The position numbers and the translations under genes are program-made. The notes beneath the pieces were generated by a model that saw nothing but the letters and a program-made list of their open reading frames with translations, was not told the origin of the DNA and searched no databases. A DNA stretch of 64,000 bases, taken from Chrysomallon squamiferum. Lineage: Eukaryota > Animalia > Mollusca. The stretch is taken from the NCBI GenBank assembly GCA_012295275.1, contig CM022670.1, positions 34,286,001-34,350,000 of the forward strand, in the 5' to 3' direction. Below are positions 14,195 through 29,002 of the stretch, piece by piece; the stretch's first letter is position 1; every line of letters starts with the position of its first letter.

Positions 14195-14298
<104 letters not shown>

Positions 14299-14424
14299 AC
14301 AGTCTACGTATATATTTTTATTATATATAGTAATGTTGGAGCTTATTTTAGACAAATGAAAATCTTCTATGAAGAAAAATGATTAGCATTTTTATTGAAT
14401 TCTGAGAAACAAACATCTTACAGA

Positions 14425-14700
14425 AAGGAATCACGCTCAGTAACAGAACTCTGTCTGAGAAAGCTGTGGCTCGAACCTTTTCATAACAGAAATTGGACTA
14501 AATCCTGTTCCAACCAGCTCTCATATCAAATACCGTTGTATGTTTTGTATGCTTTTTCCTCTCTGTAGGAATATGTATATAAAAGATTCCTTATTACTGA
14601 TACTTCTTAAACAGCGGGTTTCCTCATTCAGTTTTCGTAATTAAAAACGTGTTATCGCTGTTGCTGTCATTATTGGAATGTATATTAAATATGACATATT
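14425..14700 (+). mobile_element. Decayed SINE copy (central core resembles the MetaSINE-type domain)
   Basis: GTATGC...TTCCTCTCTGTAGGAATATGTATATAAAAGATTCCTT...CAGCGGGTTTCCTC aligns by eye with the revcomp of 61825-61890 and with 40390-40450. The family name is from recall. Confidence 0.6.
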
Positions 14701-15639
14701 TATAACCGATCGGTTAATTACCTACATGTTTGATTGATTTCAGTATTACGTAACACTCAAATCATCGCTTTTAAAACAGGCATCACCTTGGAATATGGAC
14801 TGCTGCATCTTGATTTATTACGAGTTAATAAAACAAACGGTTTTCTTCGATCAAATTAAAATTCGTGTGTTAAAAGAAACTCCAATAAATCATAATAATT
14901 TTTGGTAATTACATTTTAACAGATTTTGAGTTTTTAATTTCGTCAACTGATCTGTCAAACCATTAGGACTAATTAATAATATTACACTGGAAAATCCATT
15001 CAGAAAAGAAAAACATTTATAATAATAAAAAATAAAAAGATTTCTTTAACTTTTATTTTCAGAAACAGTCGCAATGCTCATACAGTTATAATTGTTTTTA
15101 AAAAGAAGAAAATAATGATTTCTGTCTCTCTACTGGAAATAGATAAAATCGTGAAGAATTACCATTTATCGTCAAATCATTGTGTTTCAGTTTAAGACTT
15201 CGCCAAAAGAAGACGTAGGCACTACCTGCTAGAAGCAATTTATTCAAAAATATATATTTTCTTCTTTCCCAGACAATCAATATATATATATATATATTTT
15301 TAATATATCTTTTTTTTTTTTTTTTTTTTTTTTCACATGGCCAAAATAACTCGACTTTTTTAATAATCTCTGCAGGCGAAATACTTTTGTCAAAAACAAG
15401 ACATGCAATTTAATAAAGCTGAAGCCGCTTTTACTTATTTGCTATCTGTTACATTTTGTTTTAAAGATACACTATATTTCTGGGAAATATCTGTTTTAAC
15501 TCTAATTTCGGGTCGTATTTGAAAACAAGTGTGTGATGAAAGAGTCTTGTAATACTACTATGTGATAAGATAACCTCTTTTTAATGTTACAGAGTTCACA
15601 GAAAGTTTCATGTAACCTAAATAAAAACACTTCACACTG

Positions 15640-15827
15640 ATATATATACACATACATACATACATACATACATACATACATACATACATACATACATACA
15701 TACATACATACATAGATACATAGATACATAGATATATACATACATACATAGATACATACAGACAGACAGACAGTCAGACAGACATACATATATACATACA
15801 TACATATATACGTACTATATACATACA
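15640..15827. repeat. (TACA)n/(GACA)n compound microsatellite
   Basis: Direct reading. Confidence 0.96.
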
Positions 15828-17379
15828 CTTACTGAGACTTTACCTTTAGGTACTCGGTAAATTAAGAAGCCGCGGAAATGATGTATGTAGGTGTGTGTTA
15901 TTCTGTGAATAAATAGAGTGTTGAATCTTTACAAGGTCTAAACAAACTTCGACTGCAAATAAAATGTCAGCTAACATTTTAATGATATTACTATAATCAA
16001 GGAAGGAGACTTTTCTGCACTGTCGCTTTCGAACTGTTTTCTTTATGATGAAACTAAATTCATCTTGAATAATATAGTACCATTAAAATAAATGGACTGT
16101 GGGTTTTTTTTTTTCACCTCATGATGTTTAAATAAAACCTTATAAAAGTCATTGAAAATAATCTTTTATTCTATGTACTATGTTCTTTGAAATTCTTTAA
16201 ACTGGTTGAATTACACCTGTCACAAATGTATCTCTGTGGTTAAAGTTAAAACTAAGGCCCGACAGGCAGTAGGATCAGATTCTCTTTGGGAGACGTTTGA
16301 TGGGAAAACCCTTATTAGTTGTATCTGCTTTTTTTTTCTTTCTGTGAAGATGAATATATAAGATTACGTCTTGCTAACAGAAACAAATAGCACGAAAACG
16401 CGTTACCACCCTGGATGTTCTCTTTCTATATTTGTAATATTAACAACAATATTTCTGATGACACCAATTAATTATGTGTTTTGTGAGTTGTTACAGACAT
16501 TTCTTCCGTTCTTTCTTCTCTGCCACAAAACATGACAATGACAGTGTCCATGACCAGAGTGATCAAGATATGGCAGATATATAAACATGTTTGTAATATC
16601 TATCAGTAACAGCAATCAACACATCAGCCTGTTTTTTATTTTATTTTTCTTATCAAAACAGAGAATGTTGAACGAAGGACATAAAAGCTGTATTAGTAGA
16701 AACTACAGCAGTTTTGTAATAACCGCTATAAATTAATTATCTGTGAGAACAAAAAAAAAAATTGTCTTTTTGCTGCTGTCGATGATTTCTGCCAGAACGT
16801 TTTGTTCCATGAACAAAAAAAAAATTCAAACACCATCTCATTAAAATTATTTAGTCGAAATGTTAAAGTATTACAAATCTCCAGTTTTGTGGAGATTTCG
16901 AAAGATTCGTTACATTACAGAGTTTTGTTTGCACATATTGTTATGTTGATAGTACGATCCACAGTTGAAAGTTGGACTACGCATAGCTTTGCAGATAAAT
17001 CATATAAGGTGCAGCAGTCTGTATACCTGTTTTAAAAACGATTATCTGAATCTTATGCAATAGTGAAATTAATCAAACAGATAGGTAACTAACCGATCTT
17101 TAGGCGTGTGTTGTACGTAATAGTTAATTACCTGAAGTGTGGTTATGCGTGTGAGTTTGCGGTGGCGGTGTGGATGTATGTGATATGGTTCATTATGTTA
17201 CCGTCTAAATCGGTGCAAATGGAAAACATATTATATATATTTTCTAATAATGACAGCAAAAGCGATAATCTACGTACTATTAGTAAAAGCGCTGAAAAAA
17301 CAAACAAAACAAAACAAAAACAAAACAAAAAAGATAACAGCTAAACTACAATTACGACAAGGAAAGGACTTCCGCTACA

Positions 17380-17380
<1 letters not shown>

Positions 17381-17424
<44 letters not shown>

Positions 17425-17448
17425 GTAATAATAATAATAATAATAATA
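17381..17448. repeat. (TAA)n microsatellite
   Basis: Direct reading. Confidence 0.97.
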
Positions 17449-17793
17449 GAGAAAGAGAAAAAGTGAAGAATTACTCTATATTATAGAATCTAATGCAAAT
17501 GCATGTCTTCAAATGCTTAATGAAACAGATATCTTAAATTTATTCATTGTATATAGCAAAATAGAAATAAATGAGTATTTGCATGAAGCTGGTTTATCTA
17601 TGTAAATACATGCATACATACATACATTCATTCAAATATATACACACGCACACACACATACACACATATATATACACATATGTTCATGTATATGTACGTT
17701 TGTATGTACGAATATATGTACTTACATATTTACGTACCTATGTAGTTGTTTGTGTATGTGTATGTATGTATGTATTGATATATGTACGTACGA

Positions 17794-17796
<3 letters not shown>

Positions 17797-17826
<30 letters not shown>

Positions 17827-18028
17827 TGTATGTATGTATGTTTCTATGTATGTATGTATGTATGTATGTATGTATGTTTCTATGTATGTATGTATGTATG
17901 TATGTATGTATGTATGTATGTATGTATGTATGTATGTATGTATGTATGTATGTATGTATGTATGTATGTATGTATGTATGTATGTATGTATGTATGTATG
18001 TATGTATGTATGTATGTATGTATGTATG
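17797..18028. repeat. (TATG)n microsatellite
   Basis: Direct reading; it generates the MYVC ORFs. Confidence 0.98.
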
Positions 18029-18267
18029 TTCCTCCGTATGTATAGTAAACGTTAGTAGTTACTACAGATTTAAACCGTGGTAATAACAACCGAGAAGAGT
18101 ATTTTTACACATGCAGGTTACAAACTCTGAGGACAACATCAGCGGTCAAGACTCGCAGTTTAACGTGTTAATTAACAAGCTAAAGGACAGAGACGAATCT
18201 GAGATCATCAGTTTCAGACAAATTAGTAAGTGATGGATTATTTCCTGCTGGTCGGTTATTTGATTCC

Positions 18268-18337
18268 TGCAGCTTAGCACATTTCACATTGCAGCTTAGC
18301 ACTTTCACACTGCAGCTTAGCACATTTCACACTGCAG
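18268..18337. repeat. 22-bp tandem repeat, 3 copies
   Basis: TGCAGCTTAGCACATTTCACA(T/C) x3. Confidence 0.9.
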
Positions 18338-19421
18338 GTTACGCGCTGCTGCGGTTCATTATTCGCATATAAACTTCTCTTTGTTGCAGTAACGTATCAG
18401 CTGAACGGACGGGATATCAAGAACTAACCCCCTGTTTTACATGGGCTGGATTCTGGGATCCTTGTTCGCTAATTCCTGAGGGGGAAATATTAATATGTCA
18501 GATTTTATTTATTATTCTGTCTATCTACTTGCCTACTTTCGTATCTGTCTGCTTGTCTCTCTATCTTGTTTTTCTATCTATTTACAGCTGATGTTATTGC
18601 TTGCCTTGTTTATGATATTTTTTACGTTTTATAGTAATCAGATGTTGCAACATTTACACTTTTACTTATTTTTGTACGTTATATACAACTAATTGTTAGA
18701 TTATTTGTTTTTATATCTAACAATAATTTTCAAAAATTAGTTGATGTGACCTGTTCATAGATACCCAGAGAAAGAACATTTTAAAATCAAGAAGATATGA
18801 AGAATAAGCTAGAGAAACCTAGTTTTGAACATCTTAAACATTTTTCATTTCCATCTATCAATATCGTAGATAAAAATCCAATCTACTCTTAATAGATAAA
18901 ACTTAATAAGGATAATCCCTTTGACTATTCATTGTATTGAAACGATACGTATATATATCTTTTGTTTTTCTTTAACAATAACCAAACAAATTTAATCTTT
19001 TGTTTCCTTGTTTCGCTTTAATCCCCAAATCGGAAAAAAGGTCAAAATCTTCTTTTCAATTAGAAAAATCGTGGACATAAAAACGTAATTCCAGTAGATG
19101 AACTGACGAGTCTTCAGTTTTTTGTACTAATGAATTGCTAATCCTTTTACTTTCATTATATTTGCATACATTAAGGCGGAATATCAAGACAGAACACAGA
19201 ATTAAACGCTCTGAAATAGAATAAAGAAAAGCACTTATGATACAGTTGAAGGGTGAGTGGGATATGTATTGTATTTCCCGTTCCAGATCCTGCTCACCTG
19301 ACAAGGTTTATTTTCACTGATATATAAAATTAATATCGGTTAATCATCTATTATCTTCACTGTATCTAATTTTAAAAAGCTTTAGACAAACACTAATGAC
19401 ATGTTTTCATCATTATTCACA

Positions 19422-19735
19422 ATACATACGTACATAAATACATACATACATACATAAATACATATACATACATATATACACACATATATACATACGTTAA
19501 TATATATGTACATACATACATACATACACACATAAATACATACATGCGTTAATACATATGTACATACATACATACACACATAAATACATACATACGTTAA
19601 TACATATGTACATACATACACACCAACATACATACATACGTTAATACATATGTACATACATACACACATACATATATACGTTAATACATATGTACATATA
19701 TACACACATACATACATACATACATATATACATAT
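19422..19735. repeat. (TACA)n-derived higher-order repeat, ~44-52 bp period
   Basis: CGTTAATACATATGTACATACATACA... recurs about 5 times within a TACA tract. Confidence 0.85.
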
Positions 19736-22700
19736 CTGGGTGTGTTTGAACAACTGACCAGCGATCATGTGAAGGAAAGAGAAAAGTTGAGATTAATAAA
19801 AAAAATTATAATAATAAATTTAAAAAATCACGGAGTTCTGTTATTATTACATTCTGTATATAAATTATCACCATCATGATTACGATCATCGTCGTCATCA
19901 TCGTCATCATTATTATCATCATCATTTCATATACTGTGTCAAGAAAACTCGCACACTTCTGACAAATGAAGGAATGTGGCAAAAATAAGAGTGAAGTTTT
20001 AAAAGCCTGTTAAAACAAAATGTCAGTTAACAGACACAAACAATATGTACAATAGGTTGATGATCTAACACATACAGAGATATAGATACACATACGAAGA
20101 AGAAGATATGTTTATCTGTTTGTTTGAAAGAACCGAGGAATGGGAATAACAGACAGCGAAGGATGCATGGAAGAAAGGAAGAATAAATGAGAATGAAGGA
20201 AGAAATGAATAGAAGAAGAAAGGAATGACTCACTGAGCAATGAATAGACATAGATTTGAGTTCGTACTGAAATACATTTAACATTAACATTTGATGTGAT
20301 ATAATTATGTCTAGTGCACGAACCAAATACTTGACACTTTGAAAATGAGTTTTTTTAAATGAAATCCCCGTCAAAACGTCAACCTCGCAATCTCGACAAG
20401 ACTGAGTACTTCGTAACCGGCTCAATTCTGAACAGTTCATACACTGACGCAGTTCGCGCAATCTTTGATCAGATCAAAAACTCGGATGAGTTCTTCAAAT
20501 TTCACGCCCGGAAAACTGTTATTTTTTGACAGATGTTATAAATAAAAAGCGATGTTCCGGCCTCGATTCTTCTCATCACCTGGTGTTCACTGCTCGCTGG
20601 ACAGGTGTATCGCGGCAGGACGCTGGTTTCAGAGCTGATTTCCTTGCGAGAAATAAAGAAAGTGGTTATTTTAAAAACCCCTTGCGCGAGATTACGTCAA
20701 TATTTCGGTCGGGTTCTGTTCCGCTATTTGCTGGTTTATCATTTCGGTCGAGTGTTTTAACACAGCGTGGTGTTTCCACTTGTAAATGTGTCGTGATAAC
20801 ACGTAACATAAAGTGAGAATGGAAATGGAAAAAAAGGTCACGGAGTTCAAGGTCAAATTAAATTAATACTTTTTGTATGTGTGTCTGTATGCATGTGGAT
20901 GTCTGTTTGGGGGTATATATTTCTTTTTACCTCTCTCAATCTTTCTCTCGTTTTTCGGTATATTTTTAATGTAGTTTTCTCTCTCTCTGTTCCGCTATTT
21001 TCTTCATTTTATCCATGTGTCGCTCTTTCCATATTTCTGTCACTCTTTCCCTTATTTTCTTTCTTTTTTCTTTTCTTAATTTATTGGACCTTGACTATCG
21101 GTTCTTCGATCCATCTAAAATGGAAACAAAATCAGACGGTCTGTACATTCAGTCGTTATTTAATTTAGTTATTTCGTACCCAAACACTTAACAAACGCAC
21201 CGTTTAGATAATAAAATATTTCACTCATCCCGTGGCTTTTGATCATGCAAAGGTGCCATGATTTGTAAAACAAAAACGATGAAATCATTTTAACTTTAAC
21301 CTTATTCCGTACTTATTTACAGATAGAATCTTCTTTCGTTGTTCTTTTCAAATTGGTGTTCATAAACATATAACAAGGCTAAGAATAGTAAAATAGGATA
21401 TCTTGATACTGTTAATAAAAAAAAAAAAAAAAACGAATTTGAGAGAATCTTGGCGAAACTGTCAAGAGACTGAGTGGGTTATGTTTAATTAGTTAATTAT
21501 ATTTCGTGCGAATCATTACCCGTAATAAGTCTAATCTAAAATTTCAGTGGCATTAATAAGCCAAATGATATCTGGTAGGAGGTCTTTCCGAGAGGTGTGG
21601 ACGTAATTATAGAGAAGACATAAATAAAAACGTCGGAAGTTAACTCAGAATATATTTTTACATTGTATGGCATTTCACAACGTGATAAAACGTGACTTTT
21701 TGTACAGACGGTAATAGTTTTTAACAAAATTTTTGTAAAATAAACTATGTTAATTTTGACAGAAAGACCAGAAAGAACAACAACAAAGAAGATCGATAAC
21801 TACGATAGCAGCAACAGCATACAAAAAAAAAAAAAAAAAAAAAATTGATTAGACACCTCATGTTGGGAAAGTAATTTCATCTAATATAATATAATGTGAA
21901 ATGTTTAAAAATACGTGAAAACCTGTCAGCTGTTCTTATCATTCACCTCTTTCAGTTTCAGTCAGATAATAATGATGTAATGGGACGTTTTTGTTGAATA
22001 TTTCTATATTTTAAAATGCATGTATAATGTTATTTGCAAGAGTAATACTGTATAATAGTTAACTGGTTATGTTTTGAATGAGTATGTGCATCTCTGATAA
22101 CTTGGTTAGCGGATTATAGGTGAAAATAAGACATTACTATAATGATCATTTCTAAGATAGTGATGTTTCCCCTCTATTTATTTCAGCGTGATCTTGACAT
22201 TTATTACATGACATTACTTACTTGAAATTTAAAACACAAAAATATATATCCTTTTTTTCTTTCTTTCTTTCATATTTACAAAAGAACACGTTAAATATAT
22301 TACAAATATCAAAACGGAGGACAAATAAATAACTAAAGCCTTCTTTCACTGAAGTACTTAATAATTACATAAAATGTAAATACTAGTACATATCATATAT
22401 AATTCATAACTACTATTTAGATTTCGGGAGCATCAAACCGTGTGAACACACACACACACACGCACTCACACACACACACATACACACACATACAGACTCG
22501 TGACATTTTTCATTATTAATACTGGTGTATTTGTTTTACGTCAGAAACTTCTTCCTTCCTTTACCATCACCTTCCTTCGAATTCATTTTAAAAAAAACAC
22601 ACACAAAAAACCCACCACACAATAAAATCGTTACTTAAAGACATCAGCGACTAAGTGCATTACACTTAACTTTCGCTCCCAGCCACCCATGTTCTTGTCT

Positions 22701-24259
22701 GGCAATAACGTCTGAGTGCTCGAATACAAGACCAAACATCCTGCTGAAATTCGATTACAAACACACACTTCATTATTTGTTACGTTGTTCCAGTGATCTT
22801 AATTCTTAAGTGATGTCAGCCGAATGTTAACGTTTAGTCGACTGAACGAGTGATTCAGTTCCAGTCTAAGATAACGTTTTTATGTGGTGCTGAATCTGGT
22901 GTTTTTATGTGACCTTCCAGTTCTTTTTCTTCTTCTAAAAATTATTATAAATAGTAGTAGTAGTAGTGATGATGGTATTAGTAGCAGTAATAGTATTTGT
23001 ATTAATTTATTTTAAATATTATTTTACAATTATTATTATTATTATTATTGCATCTTTTTCTTTATCATCTTCTACTACAAATACTAATATCACAACAAGT
23101 AGTAAAATACCAACAATAACAACAATTACTATTACTACTACTACTTCTACCATTATCACTAGCACTACTATAACTACTATTACTGCTACAACTGCTAATA
23201 ATAATGTATTATATGTATCTGGGCTCTCATTAAATTCCTCACATTTCCGATCGTTTTGATTATTTTCGTCAACGTCTTCAGTTATGAACTGAATTGACTT
23301 CAGAATTCAAACTATCCTCAAATCCTTCTAATTCAGTTTGGCTCAAATATAAAGTCTTGATATAATGCTATGTATTACGCTGTTTTATTTGGGAAATAAA
23401 CAGAAACTAATTAATTTTCGTACGCGCAAGTTTTATGAATAAGGATCCTTTCTTGATAGACGTCATTTACATATCTGTCAGAAGCCTTGAATTATTATAA
23501 ACACATTCACAGATTTCAAAAACAATCATCTTTTCGTTTGATTTATAACTGTGCCGTTTTATCTGTACAAACATTTCCTTTTAAAAATTACCCAAATAAA
23601 CTCTAAAATCTGTAGAAAATTGCAAGTTAAAAAAAAAATAATAGTAAATTATAACAGCGGGGAAACAAAACTCGCTTTAAACAAAGATAATAAAAATTTA
23701 CGTCAACGCTTAATGTTACGAGCGTGCACAATTTACGTTCGACTGGGGTTCATCTAAGTTGTTGGTACAATTTATTTATTTTTCAGATTTAATCGTCATT
23801 GGTGGATTGTTTCATTTGTTTTGCTCAGTCGAACTGATTTCATCAGCAGCTTACACAGGGGAGTTGTATATCGGACGTTCATCTTCTGCATCTGCGTTGA
23901 GCTCGCTGGTCGCCAGTGGTCGTATAAAAAGACTATCCATATTGGAATAATGCGCTCATTTCTCTGATTCCCCTATATTGGCAATAAAGCCACAGAATGT
24001 ACATCATCAGTTGACAGTAATAAATTCTGCTACGTGCAACGTATTAGCTCCGCAGTAAATCTTACAAAATTGGTCATTACTTCCGGTCAGTGGCCAATCA
24101 GTTCTGTGGACAGTTCCGGTTTTAGTGTGACCAGCAAAAAAAAAAAATCCCATAATTGTTAATACGACGTGCGATTTTGTTTTTTTTCAAAATCTATTAT
24201 TATTATTTTATTCTATTTTATTCTATTATATTATTTTATTTTATTTATTTATTTGCTAT

Positions 24260-24306
<47 letters not shown>

Positions 24307-24310
<4 letters not shown>

Positions 24311-25250
24311 AGCTTACTAAACACTATCTCGTACACTAAGATACATCACAATTTACTAAATACTAACATACATCACAATTTACTAAATACTAACATACAT
24401 CACAGCTTTCTAAGCACCATCTCGAACACTGAGATATATCACAATTTACTAAACACTATCTCGTACACTAAGATACATCACAGCTTACTAAACACCATCT
24501 CGTACACTAAGATACATCACAGCTTACTAAACACTATCTCGTACACTAAGATACATCACAGCTTACTAAACACTATCCGTACACTAAGATACATCACAGC
24601 TTACTAAACACTATCTCGTACACTAAGATACATCACAGCTTACTAAACACTGTCTCGTACACTAAGATACATCACAGCTTACTGAACACTATCCCGTACA
24701 CTAAGATACATCACAGCTTACTAAACACTATCTCCTATACTAAGATACATCACAGCTTACTAAACACAATCTCCTATACTAAGCTTACTAAACATATCTC
24801 CTATATAAGATACATCACAGCTTACTAAACACTATCTCCTATACTAAGATACATCACAGCTTACTAAACACTATCTCCTATACTAAGATACATCACAGCT
24901 TACTAAACACTATCTCCTATACTAAGATACATCACAGCTTACTAAACACTATCTCCTATACTAAGATACATCACAGCTTACTAAACACAATCTCCTAGAC
25001 TAAGATACATCACAGCTTACTAAACACTATCTCGTACACATTATAGCTCAATAAACACTATCTCGTATACTAACAGATATCACTCTTTTCCAGGTGCTAT
25101 CTCATACACTGCTAGACATCATGGCTTACTAAGCACCTCCTATCTCGTACACTAAGAGATATCATAGTTCACCAATATATTATGCTATTTAATATACTCG
25201 GCTTCGTAAACACTATTTTATACACTAAGACTCGACACAGTTTGCTAACT
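24307..25250. repeat. 39-bp minisatellite (about 18-19 good copies plus a degenerate tail)
   Basis: Unit ACATCACAGCTTACTAAACACTATCTC(G/C)TA(C/T)ACTAAGAT in direct tandem from 24307 to ~25040, decaying to ~25250. It begins directly after a (TA)n tract. Confidence 0.95.
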
Positions 25251-26878
25251 CAGTCTGAAACACCAACAGACATAACATCTTACAGGACCACGACAAGTTT
25301 TAAAATGTGAAAATTGCCATCAAATAAAAAAATAAATTTATCTGTTCTTTGCATGGCAGATCCACTCCTGAGTCCTGTGAATTGCTCAAGAATTGTGTTC
25401 AAACACGAAGCCCTCTTGTTACCGTTGGCATTTCCTTTGATACCGCGCATTTTACCAGGTTTGGAAAGACAGAAGTATTTCGCTTCCACGGCTTCTGGGT
25501 ACGTGGCGTAATCAGAAGAGTCATTCCAGTGCACGTTTAATAATTCATAAAGGCCTTTGGCTGTTGCTAACTTAACCTTGATACTGTTAGACATTAATAC
25601 TTATTCAGTGATATCAAAAAATTACGTCCGGAGACAAAACAAGCAACATGGTGGCGTTTTATTAATAGCATCAATAAAGCTAATATTCGAAATTAAAAGT
25701 ATAAATCATGACGACATCGTTAATTCAGGATAAATTAGATATCAGAGTTGAAAGCAAGAAAATGTTTACTGTAAAAGTAAGGATCATGAAGAAATCGGAT
25801 TTCGTTAAAAGAAAGGTCTTAATAATGAAATCAAATTTCTATACAAAAAAAAAAAAAAAAAAAAAGGTTTCAGAAGAAAAATACAGATTGTAAAGTACAA
25901 GGAAATATAAAAAAGAAGATCTGACATAAAATAAAACTTGAACTGACACGAGTGTAACTATTTATAAATGTGTAAAGTCATGCGATGTATTCTTTTAAAG
26001 AAGTCTTTCAGAGTTTTTTTTTTTTTCTTTGTTTCTGTTCTCTGACAAGAATAATTTTTAAAAAGCGATTAGATTTCATATGTCAGGTTTTCTACGATTG
26101 AAATTACTTCTGATTTAACATGAAGATTAATTCTTCAACAATTAATACTTTTAAAATAGTGTAAACTTTGTAGTAGATAAATAATCTGTATAAAATTCCC
26201 AAAGAACACTGTGTCATTTTCAACATATTTCATTTTGGATTAGCCTATTATTAAAGGATGCCCAAGACCATAAAGATTGCAACCTACTTTTTCTTTTTTA
26301 TATACATTTATCAGGAAATTATTTTGTTCTTTATAATGTTTCATAGTCAGGACCAAAGGGTTTATTACCAAGATCCGCATCTCTCTTAGTTGGACATTTA
26401 TCAGGAAATTATTTGCAATATTTCATATTGAAAATGAATCTTTTATAGTCACTACCATGAAAGACATTTTTGTGTCCAATTCTAGAACCTTTCTTAATAA
26501 GCACTTTCAGAATATCATTTTTCTTAATGCTAACCACTTCAAAACGTTCCAAGAACACATGCCGAGCAAAGTTTCCAAACATCAATACCCAGAGAATTAT
26601 TTTAGATGACAAACGCAGAGCTTTAAAACTGATCTGTAGTTTAGCCTTGAGCGCAGTTTATTATCAGTAAAAGAAGACGTGAATGAAAGCTGCAATATAA
26701 AACTGGAGTACGAGCGCTGACTGACTGCATGTTCCCTGAATGCTGAGCAATAAAAGTGAAAATTTCTGTAGTAGCCAATCGTCATCTGTAAAATACATTG
26801 CTGTTTTATTTCATAGCTTTAATCTCTGTATTTCTCTATCCTTCCATCCGTGCGACTATCTGTTCAGTCATCTATTTG

Positions 26879-26949
<71 letters not shown>

Positions 26950-27377
26950 TCGTTTCTCTGTCCGTCCAACCATCCATCCATCCATTCATTCACTACTCCT
27001 CTATGTCGCCGATCAAACATCGTTACCTGCTGTTTTCTTTCATCAATTCACTGACTGTAGAAGATTTTTTGCTGACAATCTATAACAGTCGCCGTGGATG
27101 TGGGCGGATCGAATATTCTCTCTCTCGTATCATCATAAAACAAGACACGTACCAGTAATAATAATTTATATTAAAAATATTGTGAGATTCATTAAATATA
27201 CAATGATCGCATTCATTCGTTCTGAATGTCTATGTCATTACTTTTTAAATGTTTACTTGGGATTTTAGGGCGAGGTTATTATTTTTTATTATTTGTTGTT
27301 TTTTTATTGTTGTTATTGTTCTTGTTTGTTGTTTGTTTATTTTTTCGGTTGTCGGATTTTTTATTTATTTTATTTTA

Positions 27378-27410
<33 letters not shown>

Positions 27411-28151
27411 GCATTATCTTCGTATATACATTTTTCTAACCTTTGAATCCCTAACTATATTTATTTCTTCTTTTTATTTTTTTTTTTTTTTTTTTCAAAT
27501 TTTTTTTTTTTCCACAATTCTACCATCTCGTCATTTTTCACAGATGTATCAGCTCGGCTCTTTAATATATTTTTTTCCATTACCGTAATAACCGCATTAA
27601 AGACACTTTGATGTACAATTAAGCAAAAATCTCAATGAGATAAACACCGGACAAAACACGTTCCAAACGTGCAGCGTCGGGCGCAAATGTGGTTACAACA
27701 GAGATGAATTTCTGATTCAATCATCCATGTCAGTTAACTACACGTCGGTACTTCTCAGTTTTCTGCGTTAGCATCTTTGCCCATCACTTCCTCGTGTCTT
27801 AGCGTATCGTCTTATAAAGTGCAGAAGGACATCGACAAGTCCTATTGATTTGTTTTTAGTTATAACCGTTTGATGAAAGTCATTCATCTTATGCTAAGTG
27901 ATTCGTCTCTCTGCCTTTTAGGGTGTTGGACAAGCATGCAGAAAGTCGATAAACGTGAATGAAAACTCCTCAGCGAAAACGAAACTGAACTTCGAGACTC
28001 CAAGCGTATCATTGATCGACTAGATTAATGATAGCAGTTACTGTGATAGGTGCGGTAAAAACTGAAACTAAAGTGTATGCATGAGAAGATGCTGGTACAT
28101 TTGTAGTAACAGCCGTAGCATCATCATTTGGAGTAATAGTAATAATTTTAA

Positions 28152-28188
<37 letters not shown>

Positions 28189-28402
28189 TGTAATAGTAGC
28201 AGTAGTAGTGCTAGTAGCAGCAGTAATTGGTGTTCTTCTTCTAGCAAACTACAAATTGCCTTCATTATAATTACTACTTTCAGCATTATTATTGCTATTA
28301 TTAATGTTGTTATTGCAGAAGAAGAAGATATGGTAAACAAACTACACATTTTCATCTTAATCATCGTTTTAAACAACGTTATTATTATTATTATTGTTGT
28401 TG

Positions 28403-28437
<35 letters not shown>

Positions 28438-28971
28438 GTTATTATTATTTTTTGTTTGTTTTGTTGGTGGTGTTGGTGATGGTGGTGTTGCTGTTGTTGA
28501 TGGTGGTGTTGCTGTTGTTGATGTTGCTGTTGCTGCTGGCAAACTTTTTATAAAAAAAAAAAAACAACAACGTTTTACTTATTAATCTTCAAACTTGGCA
28601 CGTCTTACTTAACTTATTGACTGCAAACTATTTATTAAAATTTACAAATGTTAAAGTCTTCAGCATTTTAACCCTGAAAGCAGTGTATTGATTATTGTTT
28701 TTTTCTATAACGTAACAATTGAATTACACCAGCTTCTCGAGGAAACCTGGCGCAGAAAGACAGACAGACAGACAGAATGACTGACAGTTAGATAAAGATT
28801 TATGGGCAAGCAGACAATTCCTTGCACGTATAGAAATACTTTACAAACAAAACAAACAAGCACAAACAAAAAAAAGGAAATAAATTAATTCATTAAAATG
28901 AGATAAGAATTATCACATTCTTTTCTTTTCCTTTTTATTTCTTACTTTCTTTCTTTTCTTTCTTTCTTTCT

Positions 28972-29002
<31 letters not shown>

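Noticed and set aside
17571-18089. MYVC-repeat ORFs, and likewise the SL, RE, VC, HT, poly-N/S/L/I/F/K ORFs throughout the window
   Set aside because: All coincide with micro- or mononucleotide repeats and carry no coding signal.
20027-20816. 144-aa and 96-aa ORFs as genes
   Set aside because: No recognisable domain or splice framework. They use non-ATG starts and one is partly low-complexity; the region looks like a non-coding island.
23255-23290. Minus-strand CTGAAGA-CGTTGAC-GAAA as a minimal hammerhead ribozyme
   Set aside because: The stem II closing pair would be C-C and no stem I/III pairing could be built. The other CTGANGA sites I inspected also failed.
24307-25040. 39-bp array as a CRISPR array
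   Set aside because: The units are contiguous with no unique spacers, there are no cas genes, and the context is a spliced eukaryotic locus.
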